Positions 24,088 through 37,545 of a stretch of DNA of 64,000 bases are shown piece after piece. Every line of letters begins with the position of its first letter. Position 1 is the stretch's first letter. The notes under the pieces are model-generated. The model saw nothing but the letters and a program-made list of their open reading frames with translations. It was not told the origin of the DNA and did not search any database. The position numbers and the translations under genes are program-made. The DNA is from Stegostoma tigrinum (lineage: Eukaryota). The DNA is taken from positions 23,811,078 to 23,875,077 of the forward strand of contig NC_081370.1 of the NCBI RefSeq assembly GCF_030684315.1, read 5' to 3'.

Positions 24088-24755
24088 AGAGGGGGATGGG
24101 GTGAGGGTTCTGGAATAAATAGGGAGAGAGAGGGAGGCGGACCGAAGATGGAGAGAAGAAGATAGGTGGAGAGAGTATAGGTAGGGAGGGGATAGGTCAG
24201 TCCAGGGAAGACGGACAGGTCAAGGAGGTGGGATGAGGTTAGTAGGTAGATGGGGGTGCGGCTTGGGGTGGGAGGAAGGGATGGGTGAGAGGAAGAACAG
24301 GTTAGGGAGGCGGAGACAGATTGGACTGGTTTTGGGATGCAGTGGGTGGAGGGGAAGAGCTGGGCTGGTTGTGTGGTGCAGTGGGGGGAGGGGACGAACT
24401 GGGATGGTTTAGGGATGCAGTAGGGGAAGGGGAGACTTTGAAACTGGTGAAGTCCACATTGATACCATTAGGCTGCAGGGTTCCCAGGCGGAATATGAGT
24501 TGCTGTTCCTGCAACCTTTGGGTGGCATCATTGTGGCACTGCAGGAGGCCCATGATGGACATGGCCTCAAGGCCCTCCGCTTCTTCCTGTCCCACAGGCC
24601 CGACCAGTCCCCCTCCACCGCCCTCATCCGCCTAGCCGAACTCGTCCTCTCCCTCAACAATGTCTCTTTTGACTCCTCCCACTTCCTAGAGACTAAGGGG
24701 GTGGCCATGGGCACCAGCATGGGCCCCAGCTATGCCTGCCTCTTTGTAGGTTCAC

Positions 24756-25191
24756 GTGGAACAGTCCCTCTTCCGCACCTACACAGGCCCCAAACCCCAC
24801 CTCTTCCTCCGGTACATTGATGACTGTATCGGCGCCGCCTCTTGCTCCCCAGAGGAGCTCGAACAGTTCATCCACTTCACCAACACCTTCCACCCCAACC
24901 TTCAGTTCACCTGGGCCATCTCCAGCACATCCCTCACCTTCCTGGACGTCTCAGTCTCCATCTCAGGCAACCAGCTTGTAACTGATGTCCATTTCAAGCC
25001 CACCGACTCCCACAGCTACCTAGAATACACCACCTCCCACCCACCCTCCTGCAAAAATTCCATCCCCTATTCTCAATTACTCCGCCTCCGCCACATCTGC
25101 TCCCTCGACAAAACATTCCACTCCCGCACATCCCAGATGCCCAAGTTCTTCAAGGACCGCAACTTTCCCCCCACAGTGATCGAGAACGCCC
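24756..25191 (+). pseudogene. Neptune PLE reverse transcriptase fragment
   Basis: The 182-aa ORF contains YIDD and thumb motifs; its last ~37 codons run into flanking DNA. Confidence 0.92.
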
Positions 25192-25299
25192 TACTTGGCA
25201 TGGGTGTTGGGTTATTTTTTTCAAAACTTCAAATATTCTTTCAGATTTTTTTAATTGCTCTTTCTCACTTAAGTCCCCAGCTTTTAAAAAATATAAAAA

Positions 25300-26425
25300 C
25301 CTGAAGGCATTTCATACAGTGCCACACGCTAGACTTGAGGAAAGTTATAGGTCATGGTATAAAAGTGACAGTATCAAAGTGGATACAAAATCGGCTGAGT
25401 GATAGGAGACAGCATAATTGTCAATAGGTAATTTTCAGTCTGAAGGAAAGTTTGTAGTGGAGTTCCTCAGCAGTCGGTATTGGGACCTTGCTTTTCTTGA
25501 TTATACATAAACAATCTAAATAATTGTGTTGAGGGGACAATTTCAAAATTTGGAGATGAAACAACCCTTGTAAGAGTTATAAACTGAGAGGCGGACAGTA
25601 TAAAACTCCAAAAGCATATTCACAAGTTGGAGTGGGCAGATAGGTGGCGGAGGTTAAATGCAGCGAAGTGTGAAATGATGCACATTGGTTGGAAGAACAT
25701 TGCTGGTCAATATAAAATAGGACTGCAGCTCTATAGTGGATGCTAAAGTAGAGGGACATACAGGCACAGATTATTGGCAGCTTGGGAGAGTAATTAATAA
25801 AGCATACAGGGCCCACAGCTTCGTTAATAGGAGCACAGAGCACAAGAGCAAGGAGGTGATGTTGAACATGTATAAGACACTTGTTAGACCTCAGCTGGTG
25901 TAGTGTATACAATTATGGACATCATACTGTAGGAAATATGAGAATACGTTGGAGACAGTCGGGAAGTGATTTATAGAGCTGTTCCAGAATGAGAAACTTC
26001 AGTTAAGAGGTTTGAGATTAAAGAAGTTAGGACTGTTCTCTTTGGAAGGCTGGGAAGAGATTTGATAGAAGTTTTTTTTTGAAGTCATGGGTGCTCTAAT
26101 GAATAGCTTGGGAAAAACTGCTCCCACTCAAAAGGAGTAAGATCAAGGGAGCATAGATTTTAAATTGATATGCAAAAACTGAAGCAAGGGTGATGTGAGG
26201 AAGAAACTTTTTCACACAGCAAGTATTTAAGATCTAGAATGCTGTGCCTAGAAATGTGGCTAAGATAGTTTCACTTGAGGCATTCAAAAGGGATGATAAT
26301 TTTGATTGAAATATTATGCTTTGGTAAAGGGAAAAGGCTGGAGATTGGCACAAGAAAATCATTTTGAAGAGCAGGTGTAGGCAGGATGGACAAAATGGCC
26401 ACATCTTGTGTTGTGACTATTCTGT
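25300..26425 (+). mobile_element. CR1 LINE RT/3' fragment
   Basis: KAFHTVPH, WIQNRL, SGVPQQSVLG, SKFGDET and YKTLVRPQL motifs, then a CR1 3' end. Confidence 0.88.
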
Positions 26426-27539
26426 GGAGGGGTCTTCTCCCCCCGCCCCCCCCGACCCCTGCCCAATATAACACACCTCAGTAGCTGGATATATCTACTT
26501 TAGGAATATTTTTAAGGAGATGTTTGCATTATGTTGCATGGTATCTCAGAATTTACTCAAAATGCTGTACATGCAGTAAATTATTAAAGCATGGTGATAT
26601 TATGTGTGCAGAATTTTAACTGAAATACTTTCTTGTGCAATCTGCTGGAACACCACTGTGGATGAATAACATTCCTTTTTCAGAAGTTTCCTACACAGTG
26701 AACTCACAATCTCCATTGATAATTTGCAGGGAATGAAGGGTGGATGAGAAGAATTCAAGATGTGAGCACATCACATACCAATTGTTTTGAATATGGAATA
26801 ACTAAGTGCGATGAAGTATAAACTTAGGAGTAAATTTTTTCCTACAGTATTGTGTAATAGTTTAAATAGTATAATATTTTGTGTACATTGAAATTTAGTC
26901 AGTTTAAAGAATGCTAACAGAAGGAAAGTGAAAAAGCAAGTGTCTTATTTTGTATAATTCAGTTCATTGAGTTAAAATAAGCCCTCAACAATAGTGATTT
27001 TCATTCCAAATTAGAATATTTCCATGTAACTGCCGTATGTGGCAAAATATTGCAAGACTGCTACAAGGGGTGAATTGTACGAGTAACTGTACAGAATGTT
27101 CTCTTGACGGCACCTGCAGTTGTATGAACAAACTTTAGTCAGACTCGAATCAAAAAATTCGCAAGGTCACTGAGTTTAAAAAAGAGCTTTTATGACCTCT
27201 ATCAACTATGGCTCTTAATGATAACTTAACACACACACTTTGAGTAAAACTTTTGCCAAATATTCCAGATGTCCAGATATTACATTGTACAAATAGTGTT
27301 ATTTTAGATTACTGTATTCTTCCAAAATGCGCAGATACTTCTAACAGGAATTTATCCAGTCGCTTTTAGAAGAAAATTGCGATGATTTTCTGGTCTACTA
27401 CCCTAGAATCTGTTTCAAAATTCAATATTGTTTTCACACTAACATGTGCTCCTTAAATTTCTATTTTGTTATAATTTCACTTTAAGTTGTGCTCTGAGTA
27501 CTTGATTCCAGTGGCTGATAAAAGAGCTTTCCCTAATTT

Positions 27540-27730
27540 AATGTTCTGCAAACTCCTCAAAATCTTAGTTTATTTTCATTTTGTTCAGAGAGTCAAATGG
27601 TAGCTTTGTGCCTTCCTCATAATTTGACTCTCTACGTTCAGAAATCATCTCCATAGCCCCCTCAACAATTGTAGATCCAATACACAAGTATTTCAGATGT
27701 GGCCTTACCATTACCAAATACAACTGCAAC
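27540..27730 (-). mobile_element. Old CR1 fragment
   Basis: aagtatttcagatgtggccttacc is the antisense of VRPHLKY. Confidence 0.5.
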
Positions 27731-30044
27731 GTCACTTTGTTAGACGTTTATAGCGACGTATCCCAACATCTTAAGCCAGCAAACACAAAACTGATTTTAA
27801 TTTCCTACCAACAAAATCCAACTCTGATGTAGCACTTTTTCTTACCACAGCCTCAAGTAGCCTTGCTTCCAGTATGGAGGATGTGAATGATCATCCCTCC
27901 GTTTTAAAAACAGACGCGCTCATATTTTCACTTTTTAGTAAAACCTGCCATAACTTTCAAAGGCCACTTGATTTGAATTATCAATGAGGAATGTGAAATC
28001 TTTTGAACAAACTGCACCAACAGTCTTAAATTGTGGGAGTTCAGTTTATTTATGTTTTCTGGTTGATGAAGCCTCATCCGATGTCTATCATTATGATAAC
28101 TCTTTCAAATCTGAATTGTTCTTCCCTTGTGTGAGCTATGACTCCAGCCTATGGAAGGTTTTCCCATTTCTCATGGACTTCAATTTTGCTAGTGTTCTGT
28201 GGATGGCACAATTTGTCTCACACTGCCTTGACAGTAACTGGAGCACTCCACACCCAGCTTGTTATTCATTACCATTATTACTCTTAATAATAATACCCGT
28301 AACCATTTTGTGCCTATTTTCATGAGCTCTTGAAGCAGTGCATGTCTCTTGTTTCTATTTGGTTGTAGCCCGCAATATTCTGACCACTAATTTTCTTCCT
28401 TTTCTAAGTTCCAGGTCTATCTAAAGTGATACTTTGCAATTTCCAGCTATTGACCTCTCTGCAACATATAAAACATAACCAAGAAACAATGCCAAACAAC
28501 ATTTTTTTAAATAAACCTCTTGCTGCACGTATAGCTTGTTTCTTGATTGTGTATTTTGTGTTCTGTTTAAGAATTCAATGAATACTAACCTGGCATATCT
28601 TATTTTTATCTCTCAATCTTATTCATATGCTATATTAAGTCCTGACGCCAAATACCCAGAAAGCAGCATATTGTTATGATTTCAGTTGGATTAAGGAAGG
28701 TTAAATTGTTTGGAATTTAAAGACAACCTACGTGGTTTAGGAGCTAGATCCAGCTGGGGCAGCACAATGGATTTCTGCATTTCTAATTTATATGGAGTTA
28801 TCGTGAAGTAGAAGTGTTCTTGCAGTGTATTTCATGGATTCAACTCAACGTTTTAGTCAAAAATTTTGAAGTTAGCTCCATAGGTTAAAGCAATTTTTGC
28901 ATTTTCAGAAATACAGAAACATTTAAAGCACAGTTGGTAATGCCCCTGTCTGTGCACTAGAGCTCTGTGTCCAAGTTGTACCTCAGGACTTAATGGCCAC
29001 AGGAGAAGCATGCATGATGCAGACAAACAAGTTGATAATTAACAGGTAGTCTTTTCAATATGTTTGTGACAGATGATAATAGCAGGAGAGATGCCTGGTC
29101 AAGAATAACTATGTAAAATCATGCTTCTCAAGCAATCACCACCTTGAGTTTTATATTGTAGTGAGATGTACACAGTGCTCATGAACTGTTGACTGCAGCT
29201 GGATATAAATACATTTGAACATTTGTTTCTGGAGTGTGAGTAAGTGTATAAATGGATCTCTTCCACAATAAATAAAACGAATATGCCTGTGCCTCAGGCC
29301 TACAAGGGGTAGTTCTTTTGAGTGAGTTCATCTGAATCATTAGAATAATGGTGAAGGTGTGTTGGGTATTAGAGAATGTTGGTGCAGTGTGTACATGTAA
29401 ATAGCATATCGGGGGCTTTGGCCGTGGAATGTGGTATGTCACAGTGTGGAACTTGCATATCTCCATTTGGGGACAGGCTAATTTTAGAGGCATGCTTCAG
29501 CTTTGAAATACCACATAAGTACTCTACGTAGCATGCAGAAATAGCAGTGTCTCTGATATGATGCACATTTAATCAATGCCCACACAATGCAGGACATGAA
29601 GAGTAAGTAGGGAATTGCATCTTTTTGAGATGACCTTACACTTCACGTCTTTATCCAAAATAACTTAAAGTTTAATGGGTTATCCTCTGTAAGATTTTGA
29701 ATTTTTAGTATGTGTTAAACAAAGATATAACTTACTCTATAATCAGCTTGTCGTTATGACTGACTTATTTTCAGAACATTTCCACAGTTTATGTTGCATT
29801 CTGTAGTGCCATCAATCACCAATAATTTGAAACATGTTCAAATGAAAAATCATGACCTCCAATATCAACCCTTGTAAACTGAAATAGAAAATACTGGAAA
29901 TACTCCATGTCAGGTAACATCTGGAGGGAGCGTGAAGGAGTTGACATTTTGTATTGCAGACCTGTTCCTTTTCCAATATCAAATTGCAAATAAGTTTATA
30001 AGATTATTTTTGGGCCTGTCACTTTAATTTTAGGGAAATGGAAA

Positions 30045-30885
30045 AAGTAAGAACAAGGAGCAGGAGTCAACAAGTCAGCCCCTGGAGCCTGCTCTGCCAT
30101 TTTGCTTCCTGCTGTCCATAACTCTCTAACATAGCCAGATTTTTGATTGGGTAAGTTTAAGGAGATATTACTAATGTTTCAGCATTCACAGCTCTCTGGT
30201 GTAGTGAATTCTACAGATTCGTGACCCATTGAGAAAAGTACTTTCTAGTCAACTCTGTCTTAAATCTCCTTTCTCTTATCCTAAAACTGACCTCATTCTA
30301 GATTGCCTACCTGAGCAAACATACTCTCTATGACTTTACTATAGAGTAGAGATAGAGTCATGCAGCACGGAAACAGGCCCTTTACTCCAACTCATCCATT
30401 TACCTGTGTTTAGCCCATATCACTCTAAAACTTCCCTAATTCATATATCTGTCCAGATGCCTTTTAAATGTTGCAATTATACCCACCTCTACTACTTTGT
30501 CTGGCAGCTCCTCTCATATGTGCAGCACCCTCTACGTGGAAGAGTTACACCTCACCACGGTCAGCATGATTTCATGAAGGGCAAGTCATGTTTGACAAAC
30601 TTGGAGTTCTTTGAGGATGTAACCAGTAAGGTGAATAATGTGGATCTAGTGGATGTGATATATTTAGACTTCCAGAATTTGGCACGGTGCCACATCAGTC
30701 CCCTTCAGTATCTTCTATACCTTTCATTCTTCTGAACTCTTAGACTGACCAGTTTACGCCCATCCTGTCTTTCTTCATAAGATGAACTCCACATCTCTGG
30801 AATCAATCTCGTGAGCCTCCTCTGCCTCCAATAACATTACATCCCTCCTCGAAGGGACCAAAATTGTATGTAATGCTCCAGGGCA
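30045..30885. mobile_element. Cluster of CR1 fragments (minus-strand 3' ends at ~30045 and ~30350; plus-strand RT piece 30555-30690; minus piece 30700-30885)
   Basis: QHDFMKGKSCLTNLEFFEDVTSKV...VDVIYLDFQ and CR1 3' UTR motifs. Confidence 0.75.
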
Positions 30886-30894
30886 ACTTCTGAG

Positions 30895-31590
30895 TCTGTG
30901 GCCCATCTTTTCCACCTGCTTTTCTTTGTCTTTTTTTCCTCTTTTATTTACTTGCCCCTTGTTGAGGAGCTCGGGAGCACATGGTGACTGCATCAGCAGC
31001 AGAAGGAGTCCCAGCATGGACTCGGCACTGGTGTTGGAGAGAGTCTGGGTGCATTGATGAGGTGGTCCTAGCACTGACTCATGGCTGCTATGGTGAAGGT
31101 GAATTTGGCTTCTTGGTGGACGTGGGTTTGGGCACAGTATGAGACTCTGTGGCAGCAGTTGTATTGGTGAGAAGTGGAAGCAGTTGTATGGGCCTGAAGT
31201 GGACTCATTGCAGTGGCGGAGTCACATTTGGGTTGGTGTGGTACCTGGCATTGATGTTGGCTGCATTGGCAAGGTCCAGTGAGGATGTTGGAGAAGGTGA
31301 GATGGTGCTGAAGAATGGCAGCTTTTGTTCTGGCACAGCGGTAGCACAGCAAAGGGGGCTTGTGCCTGGCCACCAGGCCCATGGCCTGTAGTGGAGCACT
31401 TAACATGAAGGACTGAAAAATTGAACTCTTAATTTCTTTATTCTTCTTCTGCCTTTCTACATTCTATGTTTGGGTTTATTTTTCTGTATTTTTAAGATGG
31501 TGCCCAAGAGTGGCAACGCTACAACACTTTTCATGGTATTTTTGTGACAAGCTACAGGTGACAATAAATACATCAGAATACATCAGTATA
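30895..31590 (+). mobile_element. Putative non-autonomous retroelement with Rex1/Babar-like 3' tail
   Basis: GC-richer non-coding body ending aacacttttcatggtatt...tacaggtgacaataaatacatcagaatacatcag. Confidence 0.45.
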
Positions 31591-33337
31591 AATGCTGGTC
31601 ATATAATAATGCCCATATCAAAGTGGATTTTTAAAAAATGTATTTGTTTACGATCTTGATGGTAAAAGACTGGAAAGCCACTGTTCTTACACTCTGGCTA
31701 ATAATTTGATCAATTTTAAATGGCAGAGGTATTTATCTTCTCACTACAAAAGGTGCTTCAATTTTCTGGCTCTTTATGCTGTAGCTACTTAGCTTGTACA
31801 CGTTATGGTGAAAAGCATTCTCTTTTGGTAAAGAAAATTCAAACCTTTTTTGCCTTCCGTCACATATCTTTTTGTAATTCTCAGTCCAGGTAATTTATCC
31901 ACAAGTCATATATTTGTAGACTGATCAATATTTTATGGGTGTGGTATATTTGTTGTTGACTCATTTTTTGTTTTTTCACTTCGTACCAATCATTTACCTA
32001 AATGTAATACAATGGTTGCTTACTTAATGTTATAATTGCTGTTCTTGAACTATGCAACTTGCAATGAAACAACATTGGTTGGAATAGGAAAATCTGATTC
32101 ACAATGATTAAAGTTTTAGCTAGGACCTGTAGGACCACCTTTTGATCAGAAGAAAATACTGTATATTGGTAAATTATAACTTTTCTATTTGTAAATTTAT
32201 TTAAATGTGCTAAATCTGATTTACTGTATTCATGCTCCTTGTATCTCCTGCTTGCTGCCTGTATCATAGCTTGACCACCAATAGTGCTCTGAGTGTCTCC
32301 TTAGCCACTGAACCAACTTAGCACTTCCCCCTCCTGAACCCCACCTCAGTCAGTGAGGGTTTGGAAGATGAGCAAAGAGGGAACAGAAATAATGTGCAGC
32401 ATGATAACAACTTAGAATTGTTGGGTGGTGGAGGTAAGTCGCAAGTTGGAGTGGCAGTGAGCAAGAAGATCGTTGGCAGTTGGGCGCAGCGGTGATTTGG
32501 AGGCTTGGGAGCGGGAGAGACAGCTCTGTAATGACTGATCAGGTCGAGCTACCTGACATCATACCTACCATGAAACAATGCCAATGGGAATCCAAATGCT
32601 AGGTCGAATACCTGCACCATTTAAAAACTGTTGAATCGAATGGAAATCGATCATGTTTTTTAGGAAAGTCTAGATTCAATTTCATTTAATTAATTTCATG
32701 CTTAAACATGTTATTTCATTTACTCTTCAAAATAAGATGCTGTAAACAAATTATTCAAGGAACACTGATTTAGCAGTAATTTGTGAAAAGTGGTATTAAT
32801 AGAACAGAATTTTCCCCATGTACAAGTTATACTGATGTACAATAGTATGTCATCTATGTACATGGAATGTATTACATTTAATGAACAGAATTAATCTGTC
32901 TTAGGGATGTGTGTGTCATAGGGAATGTTACCTCAAATAAGGAACATAAACTGTCTTCTAAGAAGAAGTATCTCATTAACCGCCCTCTTGATCTTGGTAT
33001 AGGATCAAATCAGAGAAGTGAATATGTTTAGGTAATTGTTACATCAGTCTGTTGAGTAACTAGAAAATGAGAATTAATCAAAAGGATGTTACTAAATATT
33101 GCTGATGTGTTCTCTTGTTCTAAGAAATGAACGTATCCATGAGTAAAGCACATCATTTTTAAAAAAAGTTGCTTCAAGTTATGGAGTGTAACTTTAGGCT
33201 TGATTCTGCAGAATGAACATAAGCAGTGCACTGATAGGGAAGCTTGGGAAAGTTGTTCATTTTTTGAATAATTTCTCAATGCATCAATATTTTTTCAGTG
33301 AAAATATTTATTTGGGCCTTGTTTCTACTTTTTCCAG

Positions 33338-33362
33338 ATTTTGATGGTGGTCGCATGTTCTG
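33338..33362 (+). other. Candidate 25-nt micro-exon of an unidentified host gene
   Basis: Acceptor gtttctactttttccag| and donor TG|gtaagt, in repeat-poor DNA. Confidence 0.35.
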
Positions 33363-34548
33363 GTAAGTGCTTTGAACGCTCCAACAGAATTACAACACAC
33401 GCCCTTTCCAAACCAGTTCAGCGTACTCTGGTGATGGAGAGGAATTGTGTGGACGTTTTGGTTGTTTTTGCTAAAAATGTACATGTTGTACTTGGTCATC
33501 TTTGTACTACCAGCACTTTTAACATCATTGTTAGTGTGAAATGTTTCTTGACATGTGACACACTAATGGTTTAAAAAAAAAAGCCAAGACACACTTAGAA
33601 AAGATGGAGGAAATGCTGTCACTACGCCTATTGTTGCATTGATACTAACATCATTTGGCAAAATTATACATATACGTGTCAATATTGTCAAATTATTAAA
33701 TCAACTTGAATTTCTTCCATTATTAATAGTAGCACTGTAGACTCCACTAGCATATCATAGTTTTACATTGCTAATATACCTCTTCTAGCTACAGCCCATC
33801 TGTTGTATGATTGTACAATTGTCCTGCACACACATCATGAAGTAAGCCTGTGCAAACAGGGCAAAAACTGCAAAAGTCTTCAGTTAATCAGTTTGAAGAA
33901 TCATCTCATGTAGCAGGAAATATAAATTAGAAGTAAATATGAAGAAGAAAGTTTAAAGAAAAAACCAAAAAGTAAAAGGTTTTTCAATGTACCAGCAATT
34001 TTATTTAACTTGGACAACCTGAAAGTTCATTTGAACAGATAGAAATGTTTGCAGCTGATGCTGATTGCATCAGGAGCCACTAGCTCAAATCTGCCTGAGA
34101 TGTAACTGTTTAAAATTTTAAACAGTAACCCTGTTACAAACATTCAGACGTACAAACATATTTTCCAAATGGTCTGTTTTCTTCGGCCTTCCATAAGTGA
34201 CTGGCTCTTTTCTTGACCAGTAGTGCATTGAATACAGCTTGTTGATGTATAATATGAAACTGACCCATGCACCAGGATTACGTACCATCTGTGGCAGAAT
34301 GTAGCAATATTAAGCTCATTGATCAATTTCAATTTTCTCTCCCTTAGTTAAATTATAGATGTGGAGAAGGAAAGTTTTTAAGTCATGCCTTTACTTGCTT
34401 TGGTCCATTAGAATGAATCTTAATTTTAATTCAGATTCGCATGTTTGCCAAAAACTTATCTGTTCTTCCTTGAGCTGTATACTTTGTAATTCTGCAAGTT
34501 TCGTTGAAACCTACACATTAGTTTTCTGAACACTTTTTTTGTTCACAG

Positions 34549-34682
34549 GCTAACATGGGTGAATCCATGATATCTGCCTAGTTAGAGCTTAGTGGAAATA
34601 GGATCCAACTTCTGTGCTCTCGATCCTAGGCACAAGATAATTTTGAAAATAAGCAGGGGATGGAACCACGCAATGAATAAAA
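34549..34682 (+). other. Candidate exon (possibly 5' UTR or first coding)
   Basis: Acceptor cacttttttt gttcacag|; ends ...GCAATGAATAAAA|gtaatt. A weaker alternative donor follows AACATGG. Confidence 0.3.
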
Positions 34683-35879
34683 GTAATTGGTTTTTTTGAC
34701 TCTGCATTATATTGGTTTCCAAGAGATTTAATTATGTTGTACTTAAGTTATTTTGCACAAAGTCGCCTTTCAGTACTTAGGATCCTCATTGACCTGTGTA
34801 TTGTATAATTTATGTTGTGTGAGATGGTTTATTCATTTACAATTATGTAATTGAAATTTGGAGAGAACATAGAGGTAATAAAGCACATTTTAGTCGCTGC
34901 TGTATATACCTTTGTGACAAGGAAGTTGGTTACGGTGCAATGGTTTGTGTTGTGTTTGAGTGACATCCTTCGGAGATGGAGGTTATTCTACAAAACCTAC
35001 CAAAGTTGCGCCTATAATATCGATATGGTTTGTGGTACTGAAATACCCTCCATGGTGTTGCATCTTGAAAGATTTCTCCGTAATACAAAAATCATTGTTT
35101 TAGCATTGTAGAATTGGAGGCATTCTGTATAACATACACTGTAAAAACAAATGCAAGCCTTTTTAAAATTTTAGTAGCTTGTAACAAAGTTGCCGCCCTC
35201 CTGCTCCTCCTTTCTCCTGTCTTGTTTTTAGATGGTGAAAGGAACAATGCTGTGATAGTAACACGATTTCTTTGCAGAGGTAGAAATCTTGATTAATCAA
35301 ACTCTGCAAAGAAACCTCCTGATGAAAAATATTTGATTATGACTTCTATTCGAGCTAGGAGGTGGATCTTAAAAAGAAACCCAATGAGAAGGAAATATTT
35401 TGTTTGCAAGAATGAAAATGCTGAGTTTGTTGGATACTTCCTGGCAGTTGTCCCCAGCAATAATATTACTTTTTGTTTTCTGTCAAGTGATACATTTGCT
35501 GCAAGCCACAAAAATAACAGTAGATTTGTCAATTCAAGCAACACTTCAGATCACTAATGCATTTCACAACAATTGCAGTTTTCAAGAGCTCTTGTTTTCT
35601 TTTGAACAGACAAAGCCCCTTGTTTGTGATCATGAGTTCACTGCAAACAAAATGTAATGGGGAGGAATTGAAATGTGATTGTTCATCTTATGATTCCTTT
35701 GAGCTCATTCTCAGTACTTAAACACTGAAAAAAAATCACATCCTGCCTTGATTTACTGATTGAATATGCCAGTTTTGAAACTTCATGACCCACTAATAAC
35801 TTGAAAGTCGTCAGTTTTCCAAATCTGAAAGCAATTTGCCTTTGGGTACACATGAAATTGAAAAACAATCTATTGTACC

Positions 35880-35893
35880 CCAGTAGATGGCAG
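35880..35893 (+). promoter_or_regulatory. CTCF core motif
   Basis: CCAGTAGATGGCAG matches CCASYAGRKGGCRS. Confidence 0.5.
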
Positions 35894-37545
35894 TAGATAT
35901 CTCAACATTACTTCAGGGAGGCATTTGAGGTTTGATTTATGACTTTACTGTAAAGAAAATAATTTTAAAATGAACACTTGCAGGAGAGGATGTTTAAAAA
36001 GAGCTCATGAATTAGTAGGAATGATATTAACTTTTTATAATAAGCCCCTAATTGACGAGGGGTTTGACAGTGTGATCTTGCTCCTCCCAGTTGTTAGAAA
36101 GAGTGCATAATATCGAAGATGTTTTGTTGCAAATTTACTGCTAACTCAAACTATGGTAGTGAGTTGTTTTGGCTGTAAATTTTTTTTCACCATAATTCAG
36201 AAATTAGTCTTCTGTTTTAGTATTTGAATATATTGTTGATGTTAGTTATTAATGAAACAGAACAACCAACAGTTGTACTCTTTTTAATATCTACAGTACC
36301 ATATATGTAATCGTTAAATACTTTCAGTTTAACTTCTGGGATTGTTCTAAATCTTGGAGGGCCAAGAAAAAATTTAAGTTCCTAAAAAGTCTGCCAACTA
36401 GATTGGGCTTATTGTGTGCTCCACTTGTTCCAACCTACCGTTGAAGTTGTGAAAAAGGGACATGTTTTTCTGGAAATAAGACTTTTTCCTTTAAGGAGAA
36501 ATGGCAGATGAGAAATGGAGGGGGAGAAGAGTGACAGCAGCAGAATCTGTACAGGAAACTGTTTTTAGTTTCTGTTCTTGGGGGAATTTATAACCAGTTG
36601 GTAAGTGTAGAGAGCTAAATTGTGGTGACATGAGTTGTTTAATTATACGAAACAGTCTTTAATGAGCCTTACAGCTACAACTAGTGGGGTACATGTTTGG
36701 TCAACGCTTGAAGCCAGGATTCATGTGCTTAGCTATAATTCAATATTTCTTAATGTTGCTATCATTCCATGTATTGAAATACAGCTAGAGTCTAAACCCA
36801 TGTTCAGAGATTGGTGTTCTTGAAGGTCATTCAGCAAACTGCAGAAAAATTTAAAGCACTGTTGTCTAACCATACATGGACACCTAGCTTTCTTGGAACT
36901 TCTGCATTCCTGATTCCGTAAGGAAGCAGCAATTTGCCTGGGGAATAATAGGAATGTTTAGCTATAATGTCTTGGTTGATTATCACATTTTTTAAAAAAA
37001 ATGTAAAATGAACTTGGGCCCACAGGAAACGAACATGGTATCACTCATGGACTGTTATGGGAATCGGCTCTTTCTGATGTTTAGATCTTTAGATGTCATT
37101 TTTGGTTACATTGTCAACTGTAGTGGCTGCACCATTTGCAATTTTTCTGGTTGCTTTGACAGTAACCATTTTGCAAGTAACAATATTGAACTTGCTACTA
37201 GAAGCTTCTTATTAACTGGTACGTTTGAACTTGCGTTGCTTTGCAGACCTGATACAGTTTATCAGCCAAATTTTTAATGGTTTGCTTGATACATCTATTC
37301 CAAGTGTAACTGTCCGCTAAAGCTTCCATGATTTGAGCATCTTGTGACAGCAGTTTGTCCATTATTTTGCACCCTTTAGTTAAAAACATTTTCCTGCTGT
37401 GACCTATTGGAAGTGTTATCTGACAATGCAGCATTCAAAGGAGTGGAGCACCTGAGATTAATGAAAATTGAAGACTGTTATGGTTCATTAATCAAGTGTG
37501 TCAAATTGTCCAAATTAATTTTGGCAGCTTGAATTTGAATTGCTC

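Larger units (their letters stand above)
23965..25191. mobile_element. Young Neptune PLE with 5' inversion (3' end on minus 23965-24563; RT on plus 24560-25191)
   Basis: Left part is nearly identical to 14159-14770. Right part encodes GLKALRFFL...KGVAMGTSMGPSYACLF...LRYIDDCI...LTFLDV...FKPTDSHSYL on the + strand. Confidence 0.95.

Noticed and set aside
35314-35363. C/D snoRNA or hammerhead (terminal stem + CTGATGA)
   Set aside because: No box D (CTGA) before the closing stem and no GAAA core; kept only as a hairpin observation.
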